DNA of 64,000 nucleotides, taken from NCBI GenBank assembly GCA_002414225.1, contig DHYV01000019.1, positions 54,907-118,906 on the forward strand, read 5' to 3'. The notes beneath the pieces are model-generated. The model had not been told where the DNA came from. It was given only the letters and a program-made list of their open reading frames with translations, and made no database searches. Shown piece after piece: positions 50,938-61,086 of the stretch. This stretch comes from Desulfobulbaceae bacterium UBA5121. GTDB taxonomy: Bacteria > Desulfobacterota > Desulfobulbia > Desulfobulbales > UBA5123. Within the stretch, counting starts at the first letter, position 1. Each line of letters opens with the position of its first letter. The translations under genes and the position numbers were made by a program.

Positions 50938-52629
50938 TCAATTCTGGGATGCTGTGCCTGGGCGCGATTGCTGTTCGAGCAGCGCCGCCGCCTCTGTCCC
51001 CCTGATCACCCGTGAATGGCCGGGGTTCCCGTCGGGCTCGGCAACCCCGGGCGGCAGGATAAAGGTGGTCGAATGGCCGCCGTACAGTCCTGACGGAAAG
51101 CGCATCTTCTTGCGGATCACCAGTTGGGTGGGCAGCATGATTTTGCGGACCCCGCCGTTCGAGATGGCCAGCGCCTGGTTGCTGCGGAAAATTTCCAGCG
51201 CCCCTTGTTCGACGAGTTGGGCGAGACCCGCCTGCTGGGGTAAGATTGCAAAGCGTTGCACCGGCAGGGCGGCCACCACGGTGGACGGATCGATCTCGAT
51301 GATCCCGGCCGGGTTGTACTGCTGGGCCTGCTCCCAAAGGGGGGCCGCCGGGCCGCCATGGGGGAAAACGCGGGGCCCGGCCAGGGGGTGTTTGTCGTCC
51401 TGGCTTCCCAAGGGAATACTGATCCTGTCGGCGCTGTATGTTCCGGTGATGCTGTCCGGTGGACGACCAACCGCCAGGGTGATGGCCTCCAGCGTGCGTC
51501 TCGCCTCAACGCTGTTCGGTTTGTAGAAATAGGGGAGACAACCGTTGCGCCCGGTGATGGTCACCCGCTCTTTGGCCACGCTGATCACCCCGACCCGTGG
51601 CAGATCGCCTGCCCCGCCTGTCACGGCACCGGCCACCACCCGCTCGATCCTCTCGACCGAGCCTGAGAAGCGCCAGATGTTGGCCGTGTAAGATGTCAGG
51701 ACGACATAGAGGGGTTCGGAGCCGGATTCGACCGAGATGTCGCTGACCGTCACCGTTTTGTCCTCGTCGCCGAGGCTGACGGTGGAAAGCCCCGCACCTT
51801 CGTAGGCGCCAACCAGAACGATACGGCTGTGCGCACCTGGGGACGGCAGGCCGCATGCCTTTGCCATCTCGAGGAGCTTTTCCTGCTCAGCCTGTGCTCT
51901 TTTGGCCTTCTGGTACTCCTCCCTGATTGCCTTCTCTCGGGCGCGGAAAGCGGTGGCCTCCTCTGCGCTGATCGTGCCGTTGCCGTCCTGGTCGATGGCG
52001 GCGAGCACTTGCTGCGTGGCCGCATCAAACTCGGCAAAGCTTATGGTACCGTCATGGTCGTTGTCCAGCGACAGCGGTACGAGGTCGGGGGAGGAGCCAC
52101 TGCGGTATCTCGCCGCCGAATCGCTGGCGGCCTCGCGCACCTCGGCAAAGGTTATCGTGCCGTCGTTGTCCCGGTCCCAGGCGAGCGCTTCGGTGGTGAG
52201 CTTGGCCAACATGGCGGCGCTCTGTTCAGGGGTTGGCTCAAGAGGCACCCCGTGGCCGGAAAGGGGCAGACGGGTCTGGGGGGTAAAGAAAAGTTCGATT
52301 TCCGCTCGGGTCACCTTGCCGTCGTTGTTCAGATCCCAGCGTCCCCACCGTCTGAGCATCTCGGCTCGTCTCTGGGCCTGCTTGATCTGTTGGGCGAGTT
52401 CATAATCCCGGGCGCTCACTCCATTGCCATCGATATCACTGTTGCGGAAGATCGTGCGCAGGCGCTGACGCAGGAGATCGACTTTCGTATCCTTTTGTAC
52501 GTTGTGGGAGAGCTGTAGCAGAAGCCAGTCCTCTCCCGAGGCGGCGGAGTCACTCCGCGCCGACGTCGGCGCCGATGCGACAGTGGCCATGATCATCAAT
52601 AACCCCAACAGACGAAGAGCGCTTGGCAT
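50938..52629 (-). CDS. secreted EF-hand calcium-binding protein with an unassigned C-terminal domain
   Basis: AAGAGGAG RBS and a signal peptide. Four canonical DxDxDG-type loops (DLNNDGKVTRAE, DRDNDGTITFAE, DNDHDGTISFAE, DQDGNGTISAEE) plus one divergent loop (DIDGNGVSARDY). A region of about 300 aa after them is unassigned. Confidence 0.85.
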   Translation of the reverse strand: MPSALRLLGLLMIMATVASAPTSARSDSAASGEDWLLLQLSHNVQKDTKVDLLRQRLRTIFRNSDIDGNGVSARDYELAQQIKQAQRRAEMLRRWGRWDLNNDGKVTRAEIELFFTPQTRLPLSGHGVPLEPTPEQSAAMLAKLTTEALAWDRDNDGTITFAEVREAASDSAARYRSGSSPDLVPLSLDNDHDGTISFAEFDAATQQVLAAIDQDGNGTISAEEATAFRAREKAIREEYQKAKRAQAEQEKLLEMAKACGLPSPGAHSRIVLVGAYEGAGLSTVSLGDEDKTVTVSDISVESGSEPLYVVLTSYTANIWRFSGSVERIERVVAGAVTGGAGDLPRVGVISVAKERVTITGRNGCLPYFYKPNSVEARRTLEAITLAVGRPPDSITGTYSADRISIPLGSQDDKHPLAGPRVFPHGGPAAPLWEQAQQYNPAGIIEIDPSTVVAALPVQRFAILPQQAGLAQLVEQGALEIFRSNQALAISNGGVRKIMLPTQLVIRKKMRFPSGLYGGHSTTFILPPGVAEPDGNPGHSRVIRGTEAAALLEQQSRPGTASQN

Positions 52630-52870
52630 CGAAAAACTCCTCTTTTATGTGTTTTGGCAGGGGATGGCGACCATGTTTCTGCGCCGCATTCTTTCGCATC
52701 GCCAGCGCGCGGTCCTCCCTGGCCGCGATGTGCCGATTCGATCGAGGCGCAGGAATTTGGTCGCTGGCGCTGTTTGAACCTCTCCTCGCCTGGCGGGTCT
52801 CCCTTCCGTAAATCAGGACTGGACGGCGCGGGGGGGCGCCTCGCTGAATACACTGCCATAGGGGATTTTC

Positions 52871-55800
52871 TCATGGCGGCGGGCGGCCGCTGAGTGTCTC
52901 TGGGCGGCATGCCTGCCGTGGCGGCGCGCGGCCAGGCTGGTCAGCGGTGAACGGCCCGTCTTTCTGCAGAAGGGGTTGGAATTTATTGCTGAGGTCTGGA
53001 ACCCTGATGGCGGGACCGAGGCCTCCCGGCCCAGCCATTCCGACCCGGTCGGCAAGCAGGTCACCCTGGGCCGGCTGGTCTGTCCGGCTGTCGCCGAGTC
53101 CCAGGGGCGAAACAGCGGTGAACAGCCCGTATCGCGGCGCAAGACGCGGCCAAGGAAACCATGAGGCGCTTCGGGAACCCAAGCGGGATCGGGGCGTTTT
53201 TTTTCCCCGGCAGGCCGGGGCCGGGCGGCGGCAGGTGGGTGGCGGCGTGGCAGGCGGCAGGCAGCGGCGGCCGTGGTGCGGTGTCAGGGGCAGGAGCGTC
53301 GGCAGGCTGGCGGTGGGGCGCGGTTGTTCGGGTGCCTCTTCCGGGAGTTTGAAGATTTCACGGAAAGCCTTGCAGTGGCGTTGCAAGGTGGCGAAGCTGC
53401 CGTTTCCGGCCAGCCGGCCTTCGCTCACTACGTGGATGGTATCGGCATGGCGGACGAACTCGGGATCGTGGCTGATGGAGATGATGACGCGGTCCTGCCG
53501 CCACTCCTCCCGCAGGAACCGGCTCACCCGGTCGCGGCTGGCGGGGTCCAGCGCCGAGGTGGGTTCGTCCAGGATCAGGATCGGGGTGTCCCGGAGCAGT
53601 GCCCGGCCCAGGGCGATCAGTTGCCGCTGGCCGCCGGAGAGGCGCGACCCGCCGTGGCCAACCTCGAACGCCGTCCCCTGCTCGATGAAGAACTCCTGCC
53701 ACGGGCCGTGGGCCAGGAGGGCGGCGATCCTGTTTTCCAGTTCCCGCCGCAGCCGCTGGTCGGGGGCGCGGGCAGTGGCGTAGAGGAGGTTGTCCCGCCA
53801 GTTGAGGTAGGGGTGGGTCGCATCATGGCCGAACGGTTGCCAGTGGGGATGTACCACCTCCCGCAGCAGCTCGATCTCCTTGTTGAACGTCTGGAGTCGC
53901 CGGCAAAGGGACTTGATTTCCTCGGAACTGCTGTCCCACTCCTTTGGCAGCGAGGAGATGCCCACCAGGAAGAGAAGTCTTTTTTCGTGGCGGGAAGGCG
54001 GCCGCGCCAGGGAGCCGAGGCACTGGCGCCGCAGTTCCCAAACCTGGCGGGGCAACTTGAGATCCGAGCGGTTGCAGAAGTCGGAGAAGGAGTCAAGCTG
54101 CAGAAGTTCCCGGGAACTGGCGAGCAGCCGCCTGGCGCGCTCGATGAGCGGGGGGGCGAGGCCAGAGGCGGCGAGCCTGCCGGCGAGGCGGGTGCGGCCC
54201 GGCTGCAAGAGGAGGGCCGCCACTGCCTCGGCATCGGTTCTGCCGCCGAGCAGGGCATCCCAGGCCGGGGCCGCGGGATCGATCTCCCCTGTTTCAAAGG
54301 GCTGTAGGGGAATCCCCAGTTCGGCTGCCGCCTGCCGTGCCCTTTGGCGCAGTTCGGCGAGCCATTCCCCGGGCAGGGGGCGGTCGCTGGCCGTCGGCCG
54401 CATCTCAAGCGCCTTTTGCCGGCAGATGGCCGCCAGGCCTATTTTTTCCAGCCAGTCCAGCTCCATGGCGGTGAGGTAGTGGTCGCCAGCGGGGGACTTC
54501 CGTCCCAGGAGCAGGTTTTCCCGGATCGTGGTGTCGAAGAGCACCGGCTTCTGCGGCATCAGGGTACAGATGGAGGAGAGTTCTTCGTCTTCGCCGCCAT
54601 CCCGGTCCGCCAGGTGGTACCGGATCACTCCTCCCTGGGTGGGTTGGCGGCCGAGGATCATGTTGATCATGGTCGACTTTCCCGAGCCGGCGGCGCCGAC
54701 CACTGCGGCCCAGTTGCCGGCCGGGAAGGTGGCGCTGATGTCACAAACGCCGCCGTGGTGTTCGCCGCCTCGGTTGCGGTACTGGAGGGTGGCCGCCTCG
54801 GCTTCGATGACAAGCCCCTTTTCCCTGTCGGCAAAGACGATTCCACCCGACTGAGACTTTTGTTCCGGGCGGGTTTCGTATTCCAGCAACCGGCCCACGC
54901 TGTTGGCGGCAAGTTGATAGCTGATGCGCAGGGTGAGCAGTTTGGTCAGGTTGTCGAAGATGGTGGGCAGGGCAAAGATCAGCACCGGCACCACGCTGGC
55001 GTGGGTCGCCGCCGACCGGGTTTCCTGGTGGCGGCCCAGGAGAATGATCAGCACCGAAACCAGCAGGGCGGTCACCGGCCAGATGGTTTGGGAGAAGAGA
55101 ACCTTGGCGCTGGCGGTGATCCAGTCCATGTAGGCTGAGAACCTTTTCTGCTGGGGGTGAGCGAAACGGCGGAGAACGGTATCGAAGAGGCCGCCGACCT
55201 GGATCTCAGGCACGGCCTGCAGGTAGTCTTCGAAGTCTTTTTTGACCTGATCGTTGTTGTGGAAGTATTCCCGGTCTGCCCGCTGGATCGGCTGGCTGAC
55301 GTAGTGGATGTAAAAGGTTCCGGCGGTACAGAGGAGGGCCACGACGATGGCCATTCGCCAATCGGTGAGAACAAAGAAGAGCAGGTTGCTGGCGATCATG
55401 GTCAGAGCCCACCAGCCGTCCACCAGGGTCAGGCGGCGGTCCACGACCCGAGCGACGTCTACCTCCAGGCGGTTGATGATCTCGGCGAGGGAGTGGTTGC
55501 TGTAGAAGTTATCGTCCCGGCGGAGGAGGTTGCCGAGGATCATTTGCTCCAGCTCATCCCGGGCGCTGGCGTACATGCCGAGGCTCAAGACGGTTTTTTT
55601 TTCGGTGAGGACGGCCCGGAGCAGGCCGGCGACAAAAATGGTCGCCAGGAAGACAAAGGGCGCCTGGCCTGTTCCGGCCAGGTGATGCAGGGAGATGGCG
55701 AGGGCGGACTGCTCCTGCCCCGCGTTAGCACTGATTTCCTGGACCAGGGCCTGGATCAGGGAGTTTTCGAAGTAGATGATGCCGCCGGCGCAGCTGCCGA

Positions 55801-55876
55801 TGACCAGCAGGGCGGCAAGCAGGCCCCGGTAGCGCGGGCTCAGGATTGCCATACAGGTCTTGAGGTCGTTGTTCAT
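52871..55876 (-). CDS. fused ABC exporter (TMD + NBD) with a large insertion in the NBD and a Pro/Arg-rich C-terminal extension
   Basis: 1001 aa. N-terminal ABC membrane domain. Walker [10 protein letters not shown] (aa 394-402), Q-loop LMPQKP (about aa 439), signature LSGGQ only at aa 746, Walker [14 protein letters not shown]-loop ISHD. Confidence 0.85.
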   Translation of the reverse strand: MNNDLKTCMAILSPRYRGLLAALLVIGSCAGGIIYFENSLIQALVQEISANAGQEQSALAISLHHLAGTGQAPFVFLATIFVAGLLRAVLTEKKTVLSLGMYASARDELEQMILGNLLRRDDNFYSNHSLAEIINRLEVDVARVVDRRLTLVDGWWALTMIASNLLFFVLTDWRMAIVVALLCTAGTFYIHYVSQPIQRADREYFHNNDQVKKDFEDYLQAVPEIQVGGLFDTVLRRFAHPQQKRFSAYMDWITASAKVLFSQTIWPVTALLVSVLIILLGRHQETRSAATHASVVPVLIFALPTIFDNLTKLLTLRISYQLAANSVGRLLEYETRPEQKSQSGGIVFADREKGLVIEAEAATLQYRNRGGEHHGGVCDISATFPAGNWAAVVGAAGSGKSTMINMILGRQPTQGGVIRYHLADRDGGEDEELSSICTLMPQKPVLFDTTIRENLLLGRKSPAGDHYLTAMELDWLEKIGLAAICRQKALEMRPTASDRPLPGEWLAELRQRARQAAAELGIPLQPFETGEIDPAAPAWDALLGGRTDAEAVAALLLQPGRTRLAGRLAASGLAPPLIERARRLLASSRELLQLDSFSDFCNRSDLKLPRQVWELRRQCLGSLARPPSRHEKRLLFLVGISSLPKEWDSSSEEIKSLCRRLQTFNKEIELLREVVHPHWQPFGHDATHPYLNWRDNLLYATARAPDQRLRRELENRIAALLAHGPWQEFFIEQGTAFEVGHGGSRLSGGQRQLIALGRALLRDTPILILDEPTSALDPASRDRVSRFLREEWRQDRVIISISHDPEFVRHADTIHVVSEGRLAGNGSFATLQRHCKAFREIFKLPEEAPEQPRPTASLPTLLPLTPHHGRRCLPPATPPPTCRRPAPACRGKKTPRSRLGSRSASWFPWPRLAPRYGLFTAVSPLGLGDSRTDQPAQGDLLADRVGMAGPGGLGPAIRVPDLSNKFQPLLQKDGPFTADQPGRAPPRQACRPETLSGRPPP

Positions 55877-56266
55877 CGCCGTAGCTCGATGAATGGCACC
55901 GCAGGGAAGGAAAAAATGGTGACAGAAAACCGGCCGGGAGCGGATTCCGGGCCAGCCTCACTGAAAGGCCGGGTTTTTCCCAACTTGCAAAGGAATGGAG
56001 CTGTTTTTTTACAGTACTGAACCGGAGGTGGCCCTGACAATGATAATTTTAGGCAGCATCGGTGAAGAGGATTGGCAGGAGAGGCTGTTTGTGAATGGCA
56101 ATTAGTGCCATCATGGGCTGGTAACTGGTGCGATTGGCGAGGCAGCGCGAGGGGGAAATCGCCTCGGAACAGGGGGCATCCCGGGAAAAGGAAGTTAGGG
56201 GGGAGCCTTGCGAACTAACTTCCCTGGGCCAGCCCCTTGGCCTGTCGTGGGTGTTTGCGGAGCGTA

Positions 56267-56719
56267 TTACCTCCCTGTTTGGAGCGTGCCTTTAATGACG
56301 TTGTTCATGTCCTGGGGCGCGGAGAGGGTGGGGCACAGAATCTCTTTGATTTCTTTCTGGAAGAGCTTTTTGTCCCTCGGGGTATGGGTTCCGTGGACGA
56401 TGGCGAGCCCCGGATGGTGCTCCTTGATGATCTTTTCGTATTTGGCCAGGAAGGGGCAGAGGGCGGTCATGCAGTACGAAAAGTGCAGGGCATCGATCCG
56501 GTAGCCCGTTAATGCGTTCGTCCTGTTAAGAATTTTTTCCGGCGCGGCCGTGGTTGGACAGCCAGCGCAGTTGATGATGCCGATCAATTCCAGTTTTGCC
56601 TCGTCCTTGTACCGTTCAAACAAGCCTCTGCGTTTGCGGAGATCGCCAAGACAGACGACAGAGGCACAGTTTGCGTCCTGGGTGCAGTTTGAACAGGTGA
56701 GGATGCCGATGCGTGCCAA
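56267..56719 (-). CDS. CGGC-domain protein
   Basis: 150 aa with ILTCSNCTQDANC and IINCAGCP motifs. Confidence 0.8.
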   Translation of the reverse strand: MARIGILTCSNCTQDANCASVVCLGDLRKRRGLFERYKDEAKLELIGIINCAGCPTTAAPEKILNRTNALTGYRIDALHFSYCMTALCPFLAKYEKIIKEHHPGLAIVHGTHTPRDKKLFQKEIKEILCPTLSAPQDMNNVIKGTLQTGR

Positions 56720-56855
56720 TTGGATTTCTCCTTAACTTTAAAAAAATCCGCCTGCCGGGAGTCAATTTAAGCCTCTGGAGGCACCATGGCTTAGCCGGTA
56801 GTTTCATAAAGGCGATAGCCGGTTCGTTTGCCGAACCGGTGGAGGAAGACGGTCA

Positions 56856-56864
56856 CCCCCCCCC
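56856..56864. repeat. C9 homopolymer tract (intergenic)
   Basis: ggtca-ccccccccc-gtcgc read directly. Confidence 0.6.
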
Positions 56865-57309
56865 CGTCGCAGGCACAGAAATTGGAATCAGTGGAACCAG
56901 GCCGTGAACCAGCAAGTTTTTTTGTTTTCCACGAGTCCGTCTGCGCGGTAGCCAGTTCGCCTCTCGTCTTTTCCTGCCGGAGCTGGTGACAATGTTTCCT
57001 GGGAAAGGATAAAAGTCAATAAAAATCCAGGAATAAGTCAGGAAGGTGGCGATAGCGTCGTTTTGGCTTGCGCCTTAGAAAGGCGCTGCCGCCTGCTGGC
57101 CGGCACCCGCCCGGCGCATAAAGAGGAGGAACTTAGCCGCCGGCCCCGCCCGGTCCGTTCCCCCCGACCGGGCACCCACGTAACCGGTGGTAATCAGGAT
57201 TTTCGCTTCGGCCAGGTGCTGGTCCGGCTTTATGTCGCGCCGGGATCTCGGTGATCCCGGCGTTCTGACCCCATAAACCTGTTGACCGACCACGGCATCT
57301 TTTCTGGTC

Positions 57310-57338
57310 TTGTTGCAAGTGGCGCGATATTCTATAAC
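57310..57338 (+). promoter_or_regulatory. candidate sigma70 promoter upstream of the FHA-GGDEF gene
   Basis: TTGTTG (57310-57315), a 17-nt spacer, then TATAAC (57333-57338). Confidence 0.3.
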
Positions 57339-57349
57339 CTTCTGTAGAA

Positions 57350-58312
57350 GTGAGAAGCGGCCGCAATGCCTTGGGGCAGGAAGACAACGCAGGGTACAGA
57401 AGGATGCCGAACACCGAATTCTTCGACGCTACGACGCGGGTAAACGGTGGCGTGGGCTTCTGTCCACCCGGGCCGGACAACGATGCCCTGGTGCTCATCT
57501 ACCCGCCTGGCCCGAATCTGGGCCGCAAGTATAACCTCGACAGCCACACCGTCAACCTGGGCCGCGATATCTCCAACCACATCGTGATCCCTTCCTGTTC
57601 CGTCTCCAGGCATCACGCGCAGCTGACCGGCGAGGCCGGGCTGCGGCTGGTGACCGACCTGCGGAGCACCAACGGCACCTACGTCAACGACGTGCCCGTT
57701 GCCTCTGGTTATCTTAAAAACGGCGATCTGTTGCGGGTGGGGGACAATATCTTCAAATATCTGGTGGGCAGCGACGTGGAGTCGGCCTACCACGAAGAGA
57801 TTTACCTGATGACCATCAAGGATGGCCTGACCAATATTTACAACAAGCGGTACTTCGGCGAGGCCCTGGAGCGTGAACTGTGGCGGGCCCACCGGCACCA
57901 CCGGCAGCTCGCCCTGATCATCTTCGACATCGATTTTTTCAAGAAGGTCAACGACACCCACGGCCATCTGGCCGGCGACCATGTGCTGCGTGAGCTGGCG
58001 GCGCTGATTGCCGGGCGGCTGCGCCAGGAGGAGGTCTTTGCTCGTTACGGCGGCGAGGAGTTTGTGGTGCTGCTGCCCGAGTCGGATGGCCAGGAAGCGG
58101 CTTTTGTCGCCGAGCAGCTCCGAAAACTGGTGGAAGCCCACCGATTCGAGTTCGACGGCAAGGAGATTTTTCTCACCATCAGCGTCGGGTTTACGGTAAT
58201 CGACGGACACCGACGGGTTTCGGCCGCCGAGGTGATCAAGGCGGCGGATGCGCAGCTCTACCGGGCCAAGTCCGGGGGGCGCAACTGTCTGAAGGGGGCT
58301 GCGGCCCGGTAG
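57350..58312 (+). CDS. FHA-domain diguanylate cyclase (GGDEF)
   Basis: FHA block LGRDISNHIVIPSCSVSRHHAQL...STNGTYVN. GGDEF domain with YGGEEF. GTG start at 57350; an ATG at 57404 is an alternative favoured by the candidate promoter position. Confidence 0.9.
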   Translation: MRSGRNALGQEDNAGYRRMPNTEFFDATTRVNGGVGFCPPGPDNDALVLIYPPGPNLGRKYNLDSHTVNLGRDISNHIVIPSCSVSRHHAQLTGEAGLRLVTDLRSTNGTYVNDVPVASGYLKNGDLLRVGDNIFKYLVGSDVESAYHEEIYLMTIKDGLTNIYNKRYFGEALERELWRAHRHHRQLALIIFDIDFFKKVNDTHGHLAGDHVLRELAALIAGRLRQEEVFARYGGEEFVVLLPESDGQEAAFVAEQLRKLVEAHRFEFDGKEIFLTISVGFTVIDGHRRVSAAEVIKAADAQLYRAKSGGRNCLKGAAAR

Positions 58313-58488
58313 CCGGGAAGTCTGCGACCACCGGGCGGCCCTGCGGCGCATATTCCGGGCCGATTTTTGTTTGACAGCGTAAGGTCTGTGAAATAATTTG
58401 TCAGGAGCCGGGGCGGAGTGTCGGGTTCGCCCTGATTCTTGGCGTGCGGTCCGGCGCAGCGATTTCGGATTCTCCTTGGAAAATTTTC

Positions 58489-59013
58489 ATGGATGACGGC
58501 CAAAATCCCAACAGGTGCTCAAGGATAGAGATCCTGGGCACGATGATCCGTGAATTTGACGGTGAAGAAACGCTACTCGCCGTTCCGAGGGAGAAGATCC
58601 GGCAGATCAGCCTGAGCCACGAAACCCTCTCGCGCCATCCATTTTTTCTGTTTTTTTCGGGTTTTACCCTCCTGTCGATCGGTGCCCTGGGCATCATTGT
58701 CTCTTTTTTCGCCAGTTTCCGAGGCGCTCTGCCGATCAGCATCAACCCCGACGGCTTCAATATCCAGCTGATCCCCCTGGCCCTGTGGGTGATGACCGCG
58801 GCCGGTCTGTGGTGCCTGGCCGGCGTATTGAAGGCCGGCTACTATCTGCAAATAGAAACCGAGGAGGGCCAGAGCAAGATGTTCTTTGGCGAAACAGCCG
58901 ACCTGCAGGATATCCAAAAGCTGATCAGAAGGGCGAATTGGACTTTCGGCTATCAGATCGACACCTCGGTCCTCGAAAGTCAGCAAAATCCGCCTGACCC
59001 CTCCGAACGATAA
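58489..59013 (+). CDS. hypothetical membrane protein (two predicted TM helices)
   Basis: ATG at 58489. Hydrophobic stretches FFLFFSGFTLLSIGALGIIVSFF and LIPLALWVMTAAGLWCLAGVL. Followed by a strong terminator. Confidence 0.6.
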   Translation: MDDGQNPNRCSRIEILGTMIREFDGEETLLAVPREKIRQISLSHETLSRHPFFLFFSGFTLLSIGALGIIVSFFASFRGALPISINPDGFNIQLIPLALWVMTAAGLWCLAGVLKAGYYLQIETEEGQSKMFFGETADLQDIQKLIRRANWTFGYQIDTSVLESQQNPPDPSER

Positions 59014-59054
59014 AAAAGGAGGGCCGCCCCGTCGGGGCGGCCCTCCTTTTGTTT
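59012..59054. terminator. bidirectional rho-independent terminator
   Basis: A-run, a 14-bp perfect stem aggagggccgcccc / ggggcggccctcct with a 3-nt loop, then a T-run. It lies between convergent genes. Confidence 0.75.
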
Positions 59055-59078
59055 CAACCAAGCCTTCAGGCTTTCAGG

Positions 59079-60596
59079 TTACCCTTCCACCATGGCTATC
59101 TTGGCAGCTTCCGCCGCCTCTGCATCCAAAGGCTCGCTCTTGTTGGAAACCGAGAAGAATGCCGAGGCCACGGTGAGCACCAGCAGAACGCCCATCACGT
59201 AGACAAAGCCGTGCATGAAGGCCCCGTCCTTGACCGTAACCGGGATGGTGGAGTTGGCAAACACGTGCTCCACGTTGTGGAAGCCCTTTTCGGTGAGGTA
59301 ACGGTGTTCGAGGGTGGTGAAGATCACGCCCGAAATGTCCACCCCGAAGATCAGGCCGAGGGAACGCATCATGTTCAACACGCCGCTGGCCGTACCCAGC
59401 TTATCCTTGGGGGCGGCGCCCATGATCGCACTGTTGTTCGGCGGGGTGAAGAAGCCCATGCCGATACCGAGAACGATGAGTTCGACGACCAACAACGGCA
59501 AGGATACGTTTACTCCCAACAGCATCAGGGAGGCACAGGAGATGGCGGCCACGGCCATGCCCAGAGTGGTCATGATCCGGGAGCCGTACTTGTCGGAGAT
59601 ATGGCCGGCAAACGGAGCCACCACAGCCATGGCAAGCGGGATCGGGGTCAGCAGCGAACCGGTCAGGGCGGTGCTGTAGCCCAAGACCCTTTCAAGGTAG
59701 AAAGGCATCAGGAACAGTACCGCGAACATGACGTAGTACGACAGCATACCGGTCAGGTTGCCGATAACGAATGCGGAATTCTGGAACAACCGCATGTCGA
59801 TAAGCGGGTGCTTGACCCGGAGTTCGGTGAACACGAACAAGGAGAGCAGCACGGTGCTGGAGATGAAGTAGGTGATGATGGTGGGCGATCCCCAGCCCAG
59901 CTTGACCCCCTCGTTGAAGGCGAGCACCAGCAGGGCGAGGCCAGTGGCGAAGAGGACGGTCCCGAGGTAGTCGATGGTGCCTCTGTCTTCGACCTTCTGG
60001 TTCGGCGGCAGGATCAACAGGGCCGCCACCGTGCCCATGAGGCCGATGGGGATGTTGATGTAGAAGATGGCCCGCCAGCCGATGGTGGCGATCAGGATGC
60101 CGCCGACGAACGGACCAATCGACATCGAGATCGCCTGCACGGCGCCCTGAATACCAATCGCCTTGCCACGCTCAGAGGCGGGGAAGGCATAGGTGATGAT
60201 CGCCACCGAGTTGGCCTGCAGGAGGCCGGCGCCGATCGCCTGGAAGACCCGGGCGCCGATCAGGAAGTTCGCTGACGGCGCCATGCCACAGAAGAAGGAG
60301 CCGATGGAGAAGACAACGAAGCCCAGGTTGTACAGCTTGGATCTGCCGAACATGTCGGCAAGCCTTCCGAAGAAGGGCAGGAAGATGGTGAGCATGAGCA
60401 TATAGGCCATGGCCACCCATTCAATTTTTGCCATGGAGACGCCGAAGTCGCTTTTCAGCGTGGGCATGGCAACGTTGACGATACTCACGTCGAGAGCGGA
60501 CATCGTCGCGCCCATCAACACCGTAGAAAGGATGAACCATTTCCACGTCGAACGTGACGAAAAAAATGGATGTGGGAACTGCATTTTCGTGCTCAT
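59079..60596 (-). CDS. MFS transporter, DHA2 (EmrB/QacA-like, 14-TMS) family
   Basis: ATG at 60596 (MSTKMQF...) with GGAGG upstream. LDVSIVNVAMPTL N-terminal motif, GRLADMFGR motif, many TM helices. The track ORF extends 47 codons upstream. Confidence 0.9.
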   Translation of the reverse strand: MSTKMQFPHPFFSSRSTWKWFILSTVLMGATMSALDVSIVNVAMPTLKSDFGVSMAKIEWVAMAYMLMLTIFLPFFGRLADMFGRSKLYNLGFVVFSIGSFFCGMAPSANFLIGARVFQAIGAGLLQANSVAIITYAFPASERGKAIGIQGAVQAISMSIGPFVGGILIATIGWRAIFYINIPIGLMGTVAALLILPPNQKVEDRGTIDYLGTVLFATGLALLVLAFNEGVKLGWGSPTIITYFISSTVLLSLFVFTELRVKHPLIDMRLFQNSAFVIGNLTGMLSYYVMFAVLFLMPFYLERVLGYSTALTGSLLTPIPLAMAVVAPFAGHISDKYGSRIMTTLGMAVAAISCASLMLLGVNVSLPLLVVELIVLGIGMGFFTPPNNSAIMGAAPKDKLGTASGVLNMMRSLGLIFGVDISGVIFTTLEHRYLTEKGFHNVEHVFANSTIPVTVKDGAFMHGFVYVMGVLLVLTVASAFFSVSNKSEPLDAEAAEAAKIAMVEG

Positions 60597-61077
60597 TTTT
60601 TTTAAAACCTCCGTAAATTTGACGAATTGAAATTGCCTTTCGTAACCATTACAGCCAGTTGCGAAATAGATACTGCTGCTCCTTGGTTGGTCGGATCCGT
60701 TGCGCGGGCAACGGGTTCGGCTTTTCGGTGACGCCACCTTGCGGGGGGTGGTCTCTCCGTGTCAGGCAAAAAGCCGTGATGGTTGAAGTTTTTTGCGATA
60801 TGCGCTCGGTTCCAGTGGGGGGTAATGCATATGGTTTCCATTTTTTTAGTGATTCAGAGACAAGCCTGACGGCTCCCAAGCAGATCAGCTCGGAAGCCCG
60901 CTGTCCCTCTCTCTGGCCCTCGGTGTTTTAGCTGCCAAGGGCCGCAACGGCTCGCATTCGTTCGTGATCAGGAAATCGACGAACGCTATGTAAACCCTAA
61001 ACCTGGCTAACCTGTCCGCGAGTCTTCCGGGCAGCGTCAGGGCGGTTCGACGCCATACGGCTCGAATCAGCGCGTCT

Positions 61078-61086
61078 GGGGGGGGG
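61078..61086. repeat. G9 homopolymer tract (intergenic, between the MFS paralogues)
   Basis: gcgtct-ggggggggg-ccacc read directly. Confidence 0.6.

Noticed and set aside
57332-58351. 339-aa ORF antisense to the FHA-GGDEF gene; also 59049..60275 antisense to the MFS gene and 49011..50231 antisense to the ABC genes
   Set aside because: Shadow ORFs with low-complexity composition opposite genes that have clear motifs.
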